From positions 128,001 through 192,000 of the forward strand of contig CAWBKP010000024.1 of the NCBI GenBank assembly GCA_963789395.1: a stretch of 64,000 nucleotides of DNA, read 5' to 3'. Below are positions 10,718 to 24,192 of the stretch, one piece after another. The notes under the pieces were generated by a model that made no database searches, had not been told where the DNA came from, and worked only from the letters and a program-made list of their open reading frames with translations. The position numbers and the translations under genes are program-made. Origin of the DNA: an uncultured delta proteobacterium. GTDB taxonomy: Bacteria > Desulfobacterota > Desulfobacteria > Desulfobacterales > Desulfatirhabdiaceae. How positions within the stretch are numbered: position 1 is the first letter of the stretch; each line of letters opens with the position of its first letter.

Positions 10718-11234
10718 CTAAACCCGAACCGTTTTATCGAAAAACAGCTTGAGAATTTTGACACAAAATTCGATACATAGCGGTATCATGGCCAGCGTAA
10801 TACCGAAAGCAAACGGATAAAGCGGGATATGCGCCGTCGGGCTGACTTCTCCCTCATGATAAACCTGGTAGCCATATACAGCCAGACGCCAGCAAATGAG
10901 CAGAAAAAGAATCAGGCAGAGCATTTCAATGAAGAAAAAGGTCAGTTTTTTTATTGGGTTCGGCATTTTCATCAAAAAAAATTCCACACTGACATGACCG
11001 CTTGCGATGAGGGTTGACATCGCACCAAAAGATATGGCAGCAATCTGCGCCATCATGACCATGTCAATTGATCCCGGAACCGGCATCAGAAAACACTTTG
11101 GCGCCGACAACATCCGTGAAGGTGATGGCCATGGTCACCAGAAGCGCCAGAACGCCGATTGCTTCCATCGCCTTGCTCAGTTTATGATTGAATTTTTGTA
11201 CGGAATCGATCGTTTTCATGAAAGAATGCATCAT
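10718..11234 (-). CDS. dctQ: TRAP transporter small permease, frameshifted
   Basis: Four hydrophobic segments, GHVSVEF motif, position between dctP and dctM. Confidence 0.8.
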
Positions 11235-11269
11235 CAAGGGTATCCTCTGCCTGTTCCATGGTTGTTGAA

Positions 11270-11305
11270 ATATCCCCCCTTGAAAAGCGATGGCAGGGGG
11301 GATAT
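11270..11305. terminator. Stem-loop between dctP and dctQ
   Basis: ATATCCCCCCT...AGGGGGGATAT 11-bp inverted repeat. Confidence 0.5.
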
Positions 11306-11343
11306 CCAATTGCAGGGACGCATCACGGTTTCTTCAGCGCAAT

Positions 11344-12439
11344 TCAGAAGGGGCGCATCTCTTTGGGCCCGGTAGCGGAAGGAATTTTTAGCTCGATTTG
11401 TTTTTTTGTCCAGTAGTCATTTCTCTCGGCCATGTATTTCAGCCATCCCTGGATTTCATCTTCTTTGAAGCCGGCGATTTCATCTTGCTGACATAATCAA
11501 CCGTAACGACTTCGGCGGTTTTCTGCCATTTGTCGAATTCCTCTTTTGACAGATCCGTAAATTCCACGTTCTTTCCTTTGCAGCCAGCATGCCGTCAATA
11601 TCGATCCCATTCCAGAGCAATGGCAGTCTTTCCGAGTCTTCTCCGGCCAGTTCATCGAAAACAGCCTTGACATCCGGCGGCAGGCTGCTGTAGCTGCGTT
11701 TATTCATGACCACATAAAAGGTATAGGTGGAGCCGACATGCCAGGCATTGGTCACATATTTGGCGACTTCCGCAAACCGAAAGGTTTTCAGTGATTCCAT
11801 GGCCACATATGCGCCCTGTATCACGCCTTTGGACATGGCATCGTAGGTTTCAACGATGGGTGTCGGCGCGGGTGAGCCGCCCAGTGCCTTCACCACTTCC
11901 CCGATGGGTCCGGGCGCGCGGATGGTCGATCCCTTCAGATCATCCATTGTTTTCACCGGTTTGGTCAGAACCAGAATGCTGGGGCCATTTGCGAAGAAAA
12001 AGAGGGGGGGGACTTTATCCCATTCTTTCGGGGTAAACTTATAGTAAAAATCATTGACCACATGGCTGGCCACCCACCCACTGGGAAAAGCATGGGGCAG
12101 ATCGCAGGCTTCCGAGACCGGCGTTCGTCCGGGGTTATACTGAATATGCGCCAGACCGATATCGGTGATACCGCTTTCAACGCCCTTGAGCATCCCGGGG
12201 CCATTCAGCAGTGATCCGCCCGGAAAGTATTGAACCTTAACTTTGCCGCCGGTCCGCTCTTCAAGATCTTTGATAAATTCCTCACAAATTTTTGATTGCT
12301 GAGCGACAGGGGGAAAATAATTCGAGAATTTCAGGTTGATGACCGCATCTTTGGCCTCGATTGGCTGGTTTGAAATCAGAATGCCCAAGCACACAAACAC
12401 TGACACACCCAGATAAAACAATACACGGCTTTTTTTCAT
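11344..12439 (-). CDS. dctP: TRAP substrate-binding protein, C-terminal frameshifts
   Basis: Signal peptide, LEERTGGKVKV..PGGSL, DDLKG..IRAPG, VMNK; tail reconstructed to ...GPKEMRPF* at 11344. Confidence 0.88.
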
Positions 12440-12561
12440 GATCTAATCTCCTTTTCGTTGAGGTTCGTACTGATCACTCTCTGGTTGATTCAAGTCTTCA
12501 CACCGGCCTATTCACGATATAACAGCATAGCGTCTGAGAAAATTATTTGTCTTATTGCGAT

Positions 12562-13089
12562 TTAACATGCTACGGTTTTCCATTTTTGATTCTCGTCAAT
12601 CAGGCGACATTCATCAGACCAGTCGCAGACATTGCCGATCTGGTCCGCTGTCTGGAAAATCGCGGATTTGATTTCACAGGATTTGCCCTCGACATTGACT
12701 TCAAGATCGGCGACATATGTGGTTTCAAACTTCAGTTTTTCGATCAACTGATCCAGAATCATATTGATAATGGGACAATTATACGGTTTGATGCCGGTTT
12801 TGAGCAGCTTTGCCTCTTTGGGAACGTGAATGCATCCGGCGACTTTCATGTACAGCAGGATATTCTTGCCGCCAATGGAGTACGATGCATCTTGGATCAG
12901 GCCGGCAGACACCATTTCCCGGATGCAGTTTTCGATGATGTCTTCGGGTGTTTTTCCACGGATGTTCCGCGATTGAATAAAATCGATGCCGCTGAATTCG
13001 GTCTTCCAGGCAGCACAGTCGGAGAGTTCGTGATAGAATAGCTCCTCGCTTCTCGCCAGCAGATCATTAAAATAAGCGGTTTTGTCCAT
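12562..13089 (-). CDS. Cys-rich hypothetical protein, possibly V4R-like small-molecule-binding fold
   Basis: Start overlaps the nitroreductase stop (TAATG); GCIH..NCPI..SCEI spacing. Confidence 0.6.
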   Translation of the reverse strand: MDKTAYFNDLLARSEELFYHELSDCAAWKTEFSGIDFIQSRNIRGKTPEDIIENCIREMVSAGLIQDASYSIGGKNILLYMKVAGCIHVPKEAKLLKTGIKPYNCPIINMILDQLIEKLKFETTYVADLEVNVEGKSCEIKSAIFQTADQIGNVCDWSDECRLIDENQKWKTVAC

Positions 13090-13751
13090 TATGGCCTCTC
13101 CTTGTTTCCGAATTTTTCCCAGTAGACCAGATCTTCCAGCGGATACTTGGGCCGGGGATGTTTCCGGTCTTCTTTCGGCCACCCGATCGCTACATAGCAG
13201 ATGACTTTATACTCACTCATTCCGGTTGGAATATTCAAAATTTCCTTGAATTTGATGGCATCGCGGGTAGCGGCCACGGGTCCGTGCACCCAGCAGGCGC
13301 CAAGCCCCAGAGAATGGGCTTCGAGCAGTATATTTTCCGTTGCCGCCGACAGATCATACGGCACATCGACCGAGCCGACCTGGAGATTGCCGATAACTGC
13401 TATGATTACCGGTGCCTGTTTGCAGAATTCCGACACTTCACCCGAATACATGAACCGCAGAACCTCGGCGCGCTTGACCGGGTCCTGAATTTTTTCGAAC
13501 CGCTTCTGCATGGTGCCCAGACAATACCAGGCGGTCATCCGTTTCCCACTGCCGGCCCTCGAAAGATCGCCGATTTTATTCTTGGTCTCCTGATCCCGAA
13601 TGACAATAAAGCGCCAGGGCTGATAATTTTCTCCAGTAGGGGCCCATCTGGCCGCTTCCAGAATCTTATCGATCATTTCATCGGGGACGGGATCGGGTTT
13701 ATACCGCCTGATACTTTTCCGGCTGCTGATGATATCCAGAATATCTCTCAT
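13089..13751 (-). CDS. Nitroreductase family flavoprotein
   Basis: SRKSIRRY, AARWAPTGENYQPWRF, ENILLEAHSLGLGACW. Confidence 0.92.
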   Translation of the reverse strand: MRDILDIISSRKSIRRYKPDPVPDEMIDKILEAARWAPTGENYQPWRFIVIRDQETKNKIGDLSRAGSGKRMTAWYCLGTMQKRFEKIQDPVKRAEVLRFMYSGEVSEFCKQAPVIIAVIGNLQVGSVDVPYDLSAATENILLEAHSLGLGACWVHGPVAATRDAIKFKEILNIPTGMSEYKVICYVAIGWPKEDRKHPRPKYPLEDLVYWEKFGNKERP

Positions 13752-13789
13752 GACATATCTCCTTAATCACAAATGCCCTTACTGAATCA

Positions 13790-14725
13790 TTATTTATCCA
13801 GCTTGAGTAATTTTTTGGCGTTTCCTCCCATAATCATTTCAATTTCTTTGGCGGAAAAATGAAACTCCGTTTCCGGTTCCGTAAAGGCTTTTACCCAATC
13901 TTTCAACGGGCACATCAGATTCGGGTACAGGGCAACGGTTGCAAACATGACTTTATCCGCGCCGGCAATGTCGATGACATCCCGAAGCCACTGGTAAAAA
14001 CGGGCTTTGGGCCATTTTTTGTAGGGTTTTTGCCACAAGGACAGATCCACATACACGTTTTTAAGCCATGCGGCCGCCTGAACGGCTTCCTGCCACCAGG
14101 CAAAATCGCCGCAGTGGGCAAAGATAAAATCGACTTCCGGATATCTGGCTGCCGCACTGGCAAAATAGGCAGGCCGCGAATTTTCCCATCGCAATGCGAC
14201 AGACGGCGCCCCGCCGGTGTGCACCATGATGGGGATGTTCCATTCGGCAGCTTTTTCGTAAACCCAGTAGCAGACCGGATCATCGGGCATGTATCCCACG
14301 CCGGCATGGAGCTTGAACCCTTTCATCCCCCATTCATGATAGGCCTGTTCGCAGTGTTTTAACGCGCCTTTGCGTCTGGGATCGATGGCGATGAACGGAA
14401 TAAACCGGCCCTCGTGCCTTCTGGCAGCATCCGCGTACATCTTGTTGGCTTCAAAAATGTGAACCGGCGGTTCGCCGAACAGCAGTCCGTAATCCACGCC
14501 AAAAGTGACGGATATATCCACGCCTGCCGCATCCATTTCTTCAATAATATTGTCTCCGGTCGGATCGACCCAGGGACGAACGACCTTGTCCGTAAAATCC
14601 CGATCCGATATTTCGATGCCGTGGGTTTTGCGGTACATCATTGCAAAGCTTTTCTGCGCGCCTTTGATATAGTCGCCCTGAACGGTCCCCTTGATTACCA
14701 TGTGCCGATGAACATCAATAATCAT
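13790..14725 (-). CDS. Amidohydrolase-2 family metalloenzyme
   Basis: IIDVHRH, GFKLH, IMVHTG, IFAHCG, VYVDLS, KVMFAT, GGNAKKL. Confidence 0.88.
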   Translation of the reverse strand: MIIDVHRHMVIKGTVQGDYIKGAQKSFAMMYRKTHGIEISDRDFTDKVVRPWVDPTGDNIIEEMDAAGVDISVTFGVDYGLLFGEPPVHIFEANKMYADAARRHEGRFIPFIAIDPRRKGALKHCEQAYHEWGMKGFKLHAGVGYMPDDPVCYWVYEKAAEWNIPIMVHTGGAPSVALRWENSRPAYFASAAARYPEVDFIFAHCGDFAWWQEAVQAAAWLKNVYVDLSLWQKPYKKWPKARFYQWLRDVIDIAGADKVMFATVALYPNLMCPLKDWVKAFTEPETEFHFSAKEIEMIMGGNAKKLLKLDK

Positions 14726-14801
14726 CTTGAGCTGTCTCCTTGTTTTTGAGTGGTCTTCTTGAAATCTTTGATTGTGATTCGTGAATGGGAACCCGTGCCT
14801 C

Positions 14802-15202
14802 TCATCCCTCATCCATGATATGTTCAATATAGGTGATGATCTCTTTCAGCAGTGTTCCGGGCAGAAACACCTTCCGGACTCCCAGGTTCAGGAGCACCGG
14901 AATGTGAGGCTTCAGAATAATCCCGCCAACGACCACAGGCAGGTCCGGTCTGCCCGCAGTTGCAAGCTGCTGCATCACCTTGGGTACCAGTGCCAGATGA
15001 TCTCCGGAAAGAAAGCTGATGCCAAGGACATCCACATCTTCCTGAACGGCTGCATTTACGACCATGGGAATGCTTTGCCGGATTCCGTGTAGATGACTTC
15101 CATACCGGCATTTCTCAGTGCCCTGGCCACAATTTTGACGCCCCGGTCATGGCCATCCAGACCGATTTTGGCGACAAGAATGCGAATTCTCTGATTATCC
15201 AT
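14802..15202 (-). CDS. Acyl-CoA mutase small (B12-binding) subunit, frameshifted near 15080
   Basis: [32 protein letters not shown] followed by [24 protein letters not shown]. Confidence 0.9.
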
Positions 15203-15226
15203 TTTTAAGCTCTCCACTTTTCAGGA

Positions 15227-16886
15227 CTAAATTGCGGTCTGGGCCGGGTATTCCCCGTATTTTTGTCGCATGATGCGGCAGATTTCACCCAACGTGGCAT
15301 AAGACTTCACCGCATCGATCAGAAATGCCATCAGATTTTCATCCCGATCGATGGCAGTGGCCAGGCGGTCCAGGCTGCGGTCCACATCCGAAGAATTCCG
15401 GCGGCGCTTCAAATCGGCAAGTTTGGCTTTCTGAATGTCTTCGACTTCGGAGTTGATCTCAAAAAGATCCTGTTCACCAGCATCATCTTTCTCAGGCATC
15501 TGATACCGGTTGAGTCCAACGATGATGCGTTCCCCGGAGTCTACCCGATTCTGAAAAGCCACGCTCGATTCCTGAATTTCCCGGCAGGCGAATCCGCTTT
15601 CTATGGCGCCCAGCATGCCGCCCATGGCATCGATTTTATTCAAGTAAGCATTGGCGCGCGCCTCAATTTCCGAGGTAAGGGATTCAACATAATAGGAGCC
15701 TGCAAGCGGATCGATGGTGTTGCATAGACCGCACTCATCTGCCAGAATCTGCTGCGTTCGCAGGGCGATTCGAGCCGAATCTTCGGAGGCAACGCAAAGC
15801 CCTCGTCCCAGCACGCGGTATGGATCGCCTGATGTCCGCCCAGAATACCCATCAGCGCATGCATGGTTACCCGAACGATATTGTTGATGGGCTGCTGCGC
15901 TACCAGCGTTGATCCGCAGGAGCCACTGAAGATGCGAAACAGGTAACTTTTTGGATTTTTAGCGTTAAAGCGCTCTTTCATCATCCGGGAGAACAGTCGG
16001 CGGGCTGCCCGATATTTGGCGACTTCCTCGAACAGATCCATGTAGCAGCCCAGGCTGTATGACAGTCGCGGGGCGAATGTATCCACGTCCAGACCCCGGG
16101 ACTGGGCTGCTTCGATGTATGCGATGGCATCTCCGATTGTAAATGCCAGTTCCTGGACGGCCGTTGCACCGGCTTCTCTGAAATGGTAGCCGGCAATATC
16201 CAGGGTATTCCACTGCGGAACATGTTTCATGCAGTATTCGACAATATCCAGTACCAGTTCAGGCTGGGTTTCGGCGGGAAAATGTAAGTGCCGCGGGCGA
16301 TGAATTCCTTTAAAATATCGTTCTGGGTGGTCCCTTTGAGTTCGTTCCGGGAGACGCCCTGTTTTTCGGCAACGGCGATATACAGGGCCAGCAGTATGGG
16401 GCTACGGCGTTGATGGTCATGGATGTCGATACGGTCTGAGAGGAATGTCTTTAAAGATGGTCTCCATATCCTCCAGGAATCTACCGCAACCGACTTTCCC
16501 GACCGCGCCTTCACAGATGGGGTCATCCGAGTCATAGCCGAGCTGAGTCGCCATATCAAATGCCATGGATAGTCCCACCATGCCCTGGTAAGAAGAAACC
16601 GGTATCTCTTATTGGTGTCTTCGGCCGTCCCAAACCCGCATAGTTGCGCATGGTCCAGTGCTGACCCCGATACATCGTGGGATATACGCCGCGGGTATAG
16701 GGGAATTCGCCTGGAAAACCGATATCCGCACAGTAATCCTGAGTTTGATTTCCAAAGGGGTGTACAGTCGTTTTACGGGGATACCGCTTTCAGTTGTAAA
16801 TATCTCCTGTCTTTCGGGATTCGATCCAATACTTTTTTGAGCGTTGTTTCTTCCCAGGCGGTTTTCTGTTTATTGATGTCTTCCAT
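15227..16886 (-). CDS. Methylmalonyl-CoA mutase-like large subunit, several frameshifts
   Basis: [65 protein letters not shown]. Confidence 0.9.
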
Positions 16887-16959
16887 GGCAGGTGAGGCTC
16901 CTTACAAAAATGCGTCAGATCATGTTTTCGGCAAAAACATGGATGGTCCTGCTGAACGG

Positions 16960-17200
16960 TGTTTCCGAGACCAATTTTTTTTCATTTTATATTTAATTAA
17001 ATGTAAAACCGATGTCAAGATAATATTTTCATATCCGTTCAATATTAACAAAAATTCTTTATAATCATTATAAAATACTTTGATTATATGAAATATAAAA
17101 TTTATTAAAAACACTTGACAGCACCAAAATAATAAAATAATTTAAAATAAAAAATATTTAAAAACGCATTATTTAATTAAATTGGACATCTTACAGGGGA
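16960..17200. promoter_or_regulatory. AT-rich divergent promoter region of the catabolic cluster
   Basis: TTGACA-17-TAATTT on + (17115-17143); TTGACA on - (17013-17018); palindrome TTTATAAT-C-ATTATAAA at 17058-17074. Confidence 0.65.
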
Positions 17201-17205
17201 TAATT

Positions 17206-17610
17206 ATGATCAGGCGGATTCATCATATTGGAATTGCCGTAGCGGATCTGGAGGGGGCCAGGGGTTTTTGAAAAAATATTTTGCCTGTCTTCAACGGATG
17301 CCGAGATTTTTGGAGAGCTTAATTTTTCTTTTATTCCCCTTGACGGAACCAATCTGGAACTGCTTCATTCCACAACACCCCAGGGCGTCATCCAGAAATT
17401 CATCCAGAAAAAAGGTCAGGGCGTCCATCACCTGACATTTGAAGTAGATGACATCCAAGCGGAACTCAACCGCCTCAAGGCTTCCGGTATAAGCCTCATC
17501 AATGAAGCCCCCTACCGCAACGCCCATGATGAACTGGTTGCCTTTTTACATCCCAAAAGCACGTATGGTGTTCTGATCGAGCTGATTCAGGGGAAATCCG
17601 GCACTTCCTG
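17206..17610 (+). CDS. mce: Methylmalonyl-CoA epimerase family (VOC), frameshifted; absent from ORF track
   Basis: MIRRIHHIGIAVADLE at start; GQGVHHLTFEVDDI and AFLHPKSTYGVLIELIQ at end. Confidence 0.85.
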
Positions 17611-17646
17611 ACCACAAAAGCCGTTTATGATCAAAGCAAGGGGGAA

Positions 17647-19215
17647 ATGATGATACCGAAAACATGGGATCTCGAACTGCTCAAGCTTAAGACCAGGGAA
17701 GAAGAGGCATTTCAGGGAGGCGGCGCGGAGGCTCGCCAGCAGCACTTGCGTAATAAAGGCATGATGACGGTCCGTGAAAAAATTGAGTATTCTTGACACC
17801 GGCAGTTTTGTTGAATTGAACATGCTGGCGGAACATCAGTGCCATGATTTCGCAATGGAGAAGAAGAAATTCCCGGGCGATGGTGTGGTTACCGGCCATG
17901 GTAAGATCGATGGCCGAAACGTGTTTATTTTTTCTGAAGATACGACTGTTCTGGGCGGTTCGACCGGAAAAATTCACGGGGCAAAAATCCATTATATTCT
18001 CCGGCTGGCCAGGGAAACATTGACGCCGGTCATTTGCCTGTATGCATCTGCCGGCGCACGGATTCAGGAAGGCATGGATAATGTCTACGGCATCACCGGC
18101 ATGTTTTATCAGAACGCCTTCAACTCCGGCATCGTTCCTCATATTGCCGCCATCATGGGGGCCTGCACCGGCGGAGCGGCCTATTCGGCTGCGCTCTGCG
18201 ATTTTATTTTTCAGGTCAAGAACACATCCCATGTTTTTATTACGGGCCCGGCGGTGATACGGGAAGTTACCGGAGAAACCGTGAGTTTCGAAGACTTGGG
18301 CGGCGCTACGGTTCACAGCACCAAATCCGGCGTGGTCCATCGGACCGCAGAGACAGACCGCGACTGCCTGGATCAGATCAAGCAGCTTTTTTCCTATCTT
18401 CCCGGAAAACAACACCAGAAAACCAGCCTGCCGCAAAAACAGCGATCCGCTTGACCGTGAAATTCCCCAATGACGGAGATCGTCCCCATTGCCATGAATA
18501 AAACCTATAATATGAAACTGGTGATCCAGGCGATTGTGGATAAATCGGAATTTTTTGAAATTCAGCCGGATTTTGCCGCGAACATCGTTGTCGGTTTCGC
18601 CCGTCTGGGGGGCGGGGGAATCGGGATCGTGGCCAACAATCCCGGGGTGATGGGCGGGTGTCTGGACATCGATGCATCTGACAAGGCCGCACGGTTTATC
18701 CGAACCTGTGACGCGTTTAATATCCCCGTCATATCGCTGGTGGATGTTCCCGGATTCATGCCCGGCCTGGATCAGGAACATAATGGTATTATCCGGCATG
18801 GCGCAAAAATGCTGTATGCCTTGAGCACGAAGCCAGCGACCAAAATTTAATATGCTGCTGAAAAATGTACGGCGGATCCATTCCGGCGATGGGTGTTCAT
18901 GAAATCGGCTTTGACCAGGTTTTTGCATGGCCGTCCGCCGAGATGCAGATGGTGGGAGCGGTGCCATCGGTAAAAATACTGTATCGCCGTGAACTGGAAA
19001 AAGCGGAAAACGCAAATCAGCTTTTTGAACAGAAAATTCGGGAATATCAGGAAACGTATCTGACGCCGTACCACTCGGCATCCCGATCATCATCAATGAA
19101 CGGGTATGACGCCAAGGATGACGAGCGTCCGGGCTAAAAAGTGCGCGCTGAGTTTCTGGAAAGCAAGGTGACGGGGCCAACAGTCTCGCAAACATGGCAA
19201 CATCCCATTGCATAC
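17647..19215 (+). CDS. Acyl-CoA carboxyltransferase (PccB/MmdA-like), multiple frameshifts
   Basis: PGDGVVTG, SAGARIQEG, GACTGGAAY, DKAARFIRTCDAFNIP, DVPGFMPG, C-terminal KHGNIPL. Confidence 0.88.
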
Positions 19216-19267
19216 GAAAGAGAAGGTTTTACGCTCAAAATATAATCTTACTGGTTTTGGAGGATAT

Positions 19268-20562
<1,295 letters not shown>

Positions 20563-20570
20563 GGAAATCA

Positions 20571-21438
20571 ATGGACATCAAACATATTGCTGTTATCGGC
20601 GCCGGCGTAATGGGCAGCGGTGTGGCACAGGTCAGTGCCTGTGCCGGATATACCGTTGTGGTGCAGGATGTCAGTGACCAGGCCCTGACCAAAGCCCAAG
20701 CTGCAATTTCATTCAGTCTGGGGAAATTGACGGAAAAAGGCAAGCTCACCCGTGAGCAGGCAGATACCGCCATTGGGAACATCACCTTTGTGACGGATGT
20801 AAAACCTGCGGTTGAACAGGCCGATCTGTTGATTGTTAAAGTTTGCCAGTATTTTGAAAGCCTGGCCATAAAGCATGTGATCTTTAAAGAACTTCGATGA
20901 GCTGGCCGGCCGGAGACGATTTTTCCCTCGAACACTTCGGCGATTCCCATCACCGAAATCGCATCCGTGACCCGGCGGGGAGAGCAGTTTGTGGGAATCC
21001 ATTTTATGAAATTCCGGGTCCCTTGATGAAGGGGGTGGGATCATCCCCGGTCAACTGACTTCTCCGGCCACGCTGGATGCCGCCAAATCCTATGTGCGGC
21101 AGCGGAGTAAGGAGCCGATTGAAGCCGTGGATTACGCCGGTTTTATCGTAAGCAGGCTGCTGGATGTCCTGATGAACGAGGCGGTCAAACTGGTCGAGGA
21201 AGGAAACCTTCCGGAAGATATCGACAAGGCAATGGAGTTGTGCGCGGGGCACCCCATGGGACCCTGCCGGCTGCTGGATCTGGTGGGCGCCGAGATTGCC
21301 ATGCACGGAATGGAAACCATGACGCGGGATTTCGGGGACCGCTACAAACCCCATCCGCTTTTGAAAAAGCGAGTCTGCCGGACTGCTGGGTAAAAAAACC
21401 GGCGAGGGGCTTATTACGATTCTTGTCGGGGCGATAGG
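20571..21438 (+). CDS. 3-hydroxyacyl-CoA dehydrogenase, frameshifted
   Basis: IAVIGAGVMGSGVAQ, SNTSAIPI, GFIVSR, GHPMGP..LLDLVG. Confidence 0.88.
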
Positions 21439-21484
21439 ATGTCTTTCGGCCTGTTACCAGACATGACAGCATACAGGAGAATGA

Positions 21485-22261
21485 ATGGGAACGCTCAATC
21501 TTTTTGATTTAAGCGGCAAGGTTTCCATGGTTTCCGGTGGCGGGGACGGCATTGGCCGGGCCATGGCCCTGGCACTGGCGGAAGCCGGTTCCAATGTGGT
21601 TGTTTTTTCAAGGCGGGGAAAAGAAAAATGCGAGGAAGTTGCTCAGGGAAATCACGGCCATGGATGGGGACCATGGCCTTCGGGTGCTGATGTATCGAAA
21701 GCCAGGACATCGAACCGGTAATTCGGCAGACACTGGCCGAATTTCATCAGATTGATATCCTGGTCAACAATTCCGGCCGGACATGGGGAGCGTCTCCGGA
21801 AAACATCCGGTTCGAGGACTGGCGGAAAGTCATTGATCTGAATATCAACGGCACATTTCAATGCACCCATGCCGTGGTTCAGGAGATGATCAAACGGCAG
21901 CAGGGAAAAATCATCAATATTTCCTCCTATTCCGGTTCAAGGGGGACGGATCCGGTCTATTTTGACGCCATCCCCTACAATACATCCAAAGGGGCGATCA
22001 ATACATTCACCCAGGATCTTAGCGGTCAAATGGGCCAGACATCATATTACGGTCAATGCGATTGCACCCGGCTGGTTTCCGACAAAAATGACACTTGGGA
22101 CATTTGAACAGCATGGAGAAAAGCTCTTGGCACGGATACCGATGAACCGATACGGTCAAATGGCCGACCTGATGGGGGTGGTGGTATTTCTGGCCTCAAG
22201 GGCATCCGATTATATTACCGGCCAGATCATCGCTGTAGATGGCGGTTTGACCGCCTGGTAA
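21485..22261 (+). CDS. SDR family oxidoreductase, frameshifted
   Basis: SGGGDGIG, DILVNN, GKIINISS, YNTSK, VNAIAPG, TGQIIAVDGG. Confidence 0.88.
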
Positions 22262-22373
22262 CCATCCATATCGGGAACTGTCCATGGCGATGCGTCGTGC
22301 TTGAATGGTAACATCGATCAAAACCGAATATTGAGTGGGACGATGGCGCAACAAAAATCCAGGAGTGAAACAG

Positions 22374-24164
22374 ATGGCGGATACACAAGCGGGTGGACAG
22401 TTCATGACAGGGTCGGCCGCGTGGGAAGACACGTTTATTCCCGAGGATTTTACCCGTGAACATAAAGCGATTGCCAAAACAGTCAGGGAATTTGTTGCCG
22501 GCGAAATTCAAAGCCGGGGGGATGACATTGAACATGTCAACAATGAACTGAGCCGGGAACTGATGGAAAAAGCAGGTGAACTGGGACTTCTGTCCGCCGA
22601 TATTCCGGAAGAATACGATGGCATGGCCCTGGATAAAATCAGTTCGCTGATCATTTCAGACGGACTCGGGCAGGGCGCCGGGTCCTTTCCCGTCCGGCGG
22701 AGTTGATCCGCGCCGGCATCGGTACGCTGCCCCTGGCCTTTTTTGGAACCCCGGATCAGCAGGAAAAATATCTGGCAGGGCTTTCTACCGGCAAGCTGAT
22801 CGGCGCCTTCGGGTTGACCGAACCGGATGCGGGTTGGGATGCCCTGAACGCACGAACGACCGCGGTACTCGGTCAGACGGCGGACGTTATTGCTGAAACA
22901 AAACAAGGCGTTTATTACCAATGCCGGATTTTGCCGGGGATTACTGATTTTCACGTTCGCCAAAGTCGATGGAACAGCCTTTACGGCCTTTATCGTGGAA
23001 TTTGCATCTGAAGGCCTTACCGTGGATGCCGAAGAAGTAAAGATGGGAATGAAAGGCACATCGACCCGCAGCGTCATTTTCAATAACATAAAAATGCCGG
23101 TGAAAATGTTCTGGGAGAAGTGGGCAAAGGCCATGTGGTGGCGTTGAACGCGTTGAATATGGGCCGATTCAAAGTCGGGGCGGTATTAGTGGGAAATGCC
23201 CGGGGAACCTTTAATGAGGCCGTAAAATATGCCGTGAAGCGGGTTCAGTTTGGACGGCCGATCTGTGATTTCGGTCTGATTTCCGAAAAAATTGCAGTCA
23301 TGGTCAGCCGGTTGTTTGCGGGTGAAAGCATGATGTATCGGACGGCCCATTGGATGGATCGGATGATCAAAACCGCAAATCCGGCTCCGGATGCAATCGG
23401 ACGCGTTCCCGCCGCCGCACTGGAGGATGCCTGATTGAATGCTCGATAATGAAAGTGTTCGGCTCAGAGATGCTGGGTTTTGTGGCGGATGAATCCGTTC
23501 AGATTTTTGGCGGATACGGGTATATTTACGAAAATCCGGCAGAACTTTCATTTCGTAATGCCCGCATCAACCGCATCTGGGAAGGGACCAACGAGATCAA
23601 CCGGATAACGATTATCGGCACGTTTTTAAGGCGGATATCCAGCGGCCGACTGAAACCGGAGACGAACAGCCTGCAACCGTTTCAGATTCTGGAAGGATTG
23701 AAGCCTGTATCTGTCGATGATCCCGAGACCCTGATCGTGCAGGAAACCATGCTGTCTATCGCCAGGTCGGTTGCCTGCTGCCTGATTTCGGCCGCCGGCA
23801 ACCGGTATCAGGGGGATTTGCGGCCGCACCAGGAAGTTGCCGGGATCCTCAGCGACATGATCGTTGAAATTTATGCCTGCGAAAGTGCGTATCTCCGGGC
23901 ATGTAAACTGGCGGCGAATAAAAAAGAATCCAATCAGAAGCCGGCCCTGCTGATTGCAAAAGTGCTCTGCGTCAGACTCTTTGACACACTGAGATCCCTG
24001 GCGGTCCGGGTATTGCCGGCAATCATCGATTCCGGTGAGTTTTCAGCACGGTTGGCTCTGTTTGATTCTCTTTTGATGCCGCCGTCAATCGATACCATAG
24101 CCATGAACCGCAGCATTGCCTAATTCTCAGTCAAGAAAAAAGGTTATCCGTTTAAAATCATGTA
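22374..24164 (+). CDS. Long-form acyl-CoA dehydrogenase, multiple frameshifts
   Basis: FGLTEPDAGWDA, KMGMKGTST, RVQFGRPI, QIFGGYGY, RIWEGTNEI. Confidence 0.88.
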
Positions 24165-24192
24165 AGGATTGAACCGTGAAAGGAAAGAAATT

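Noticed and set aside
17687..19213. Long antisense ORF (508 aa) and similar ones at 40110-41201, 44255-45247 and 51763-52737
   Set aside because: They are shadows of well-supported genes on the opposite strand and have no recognisable motifs.
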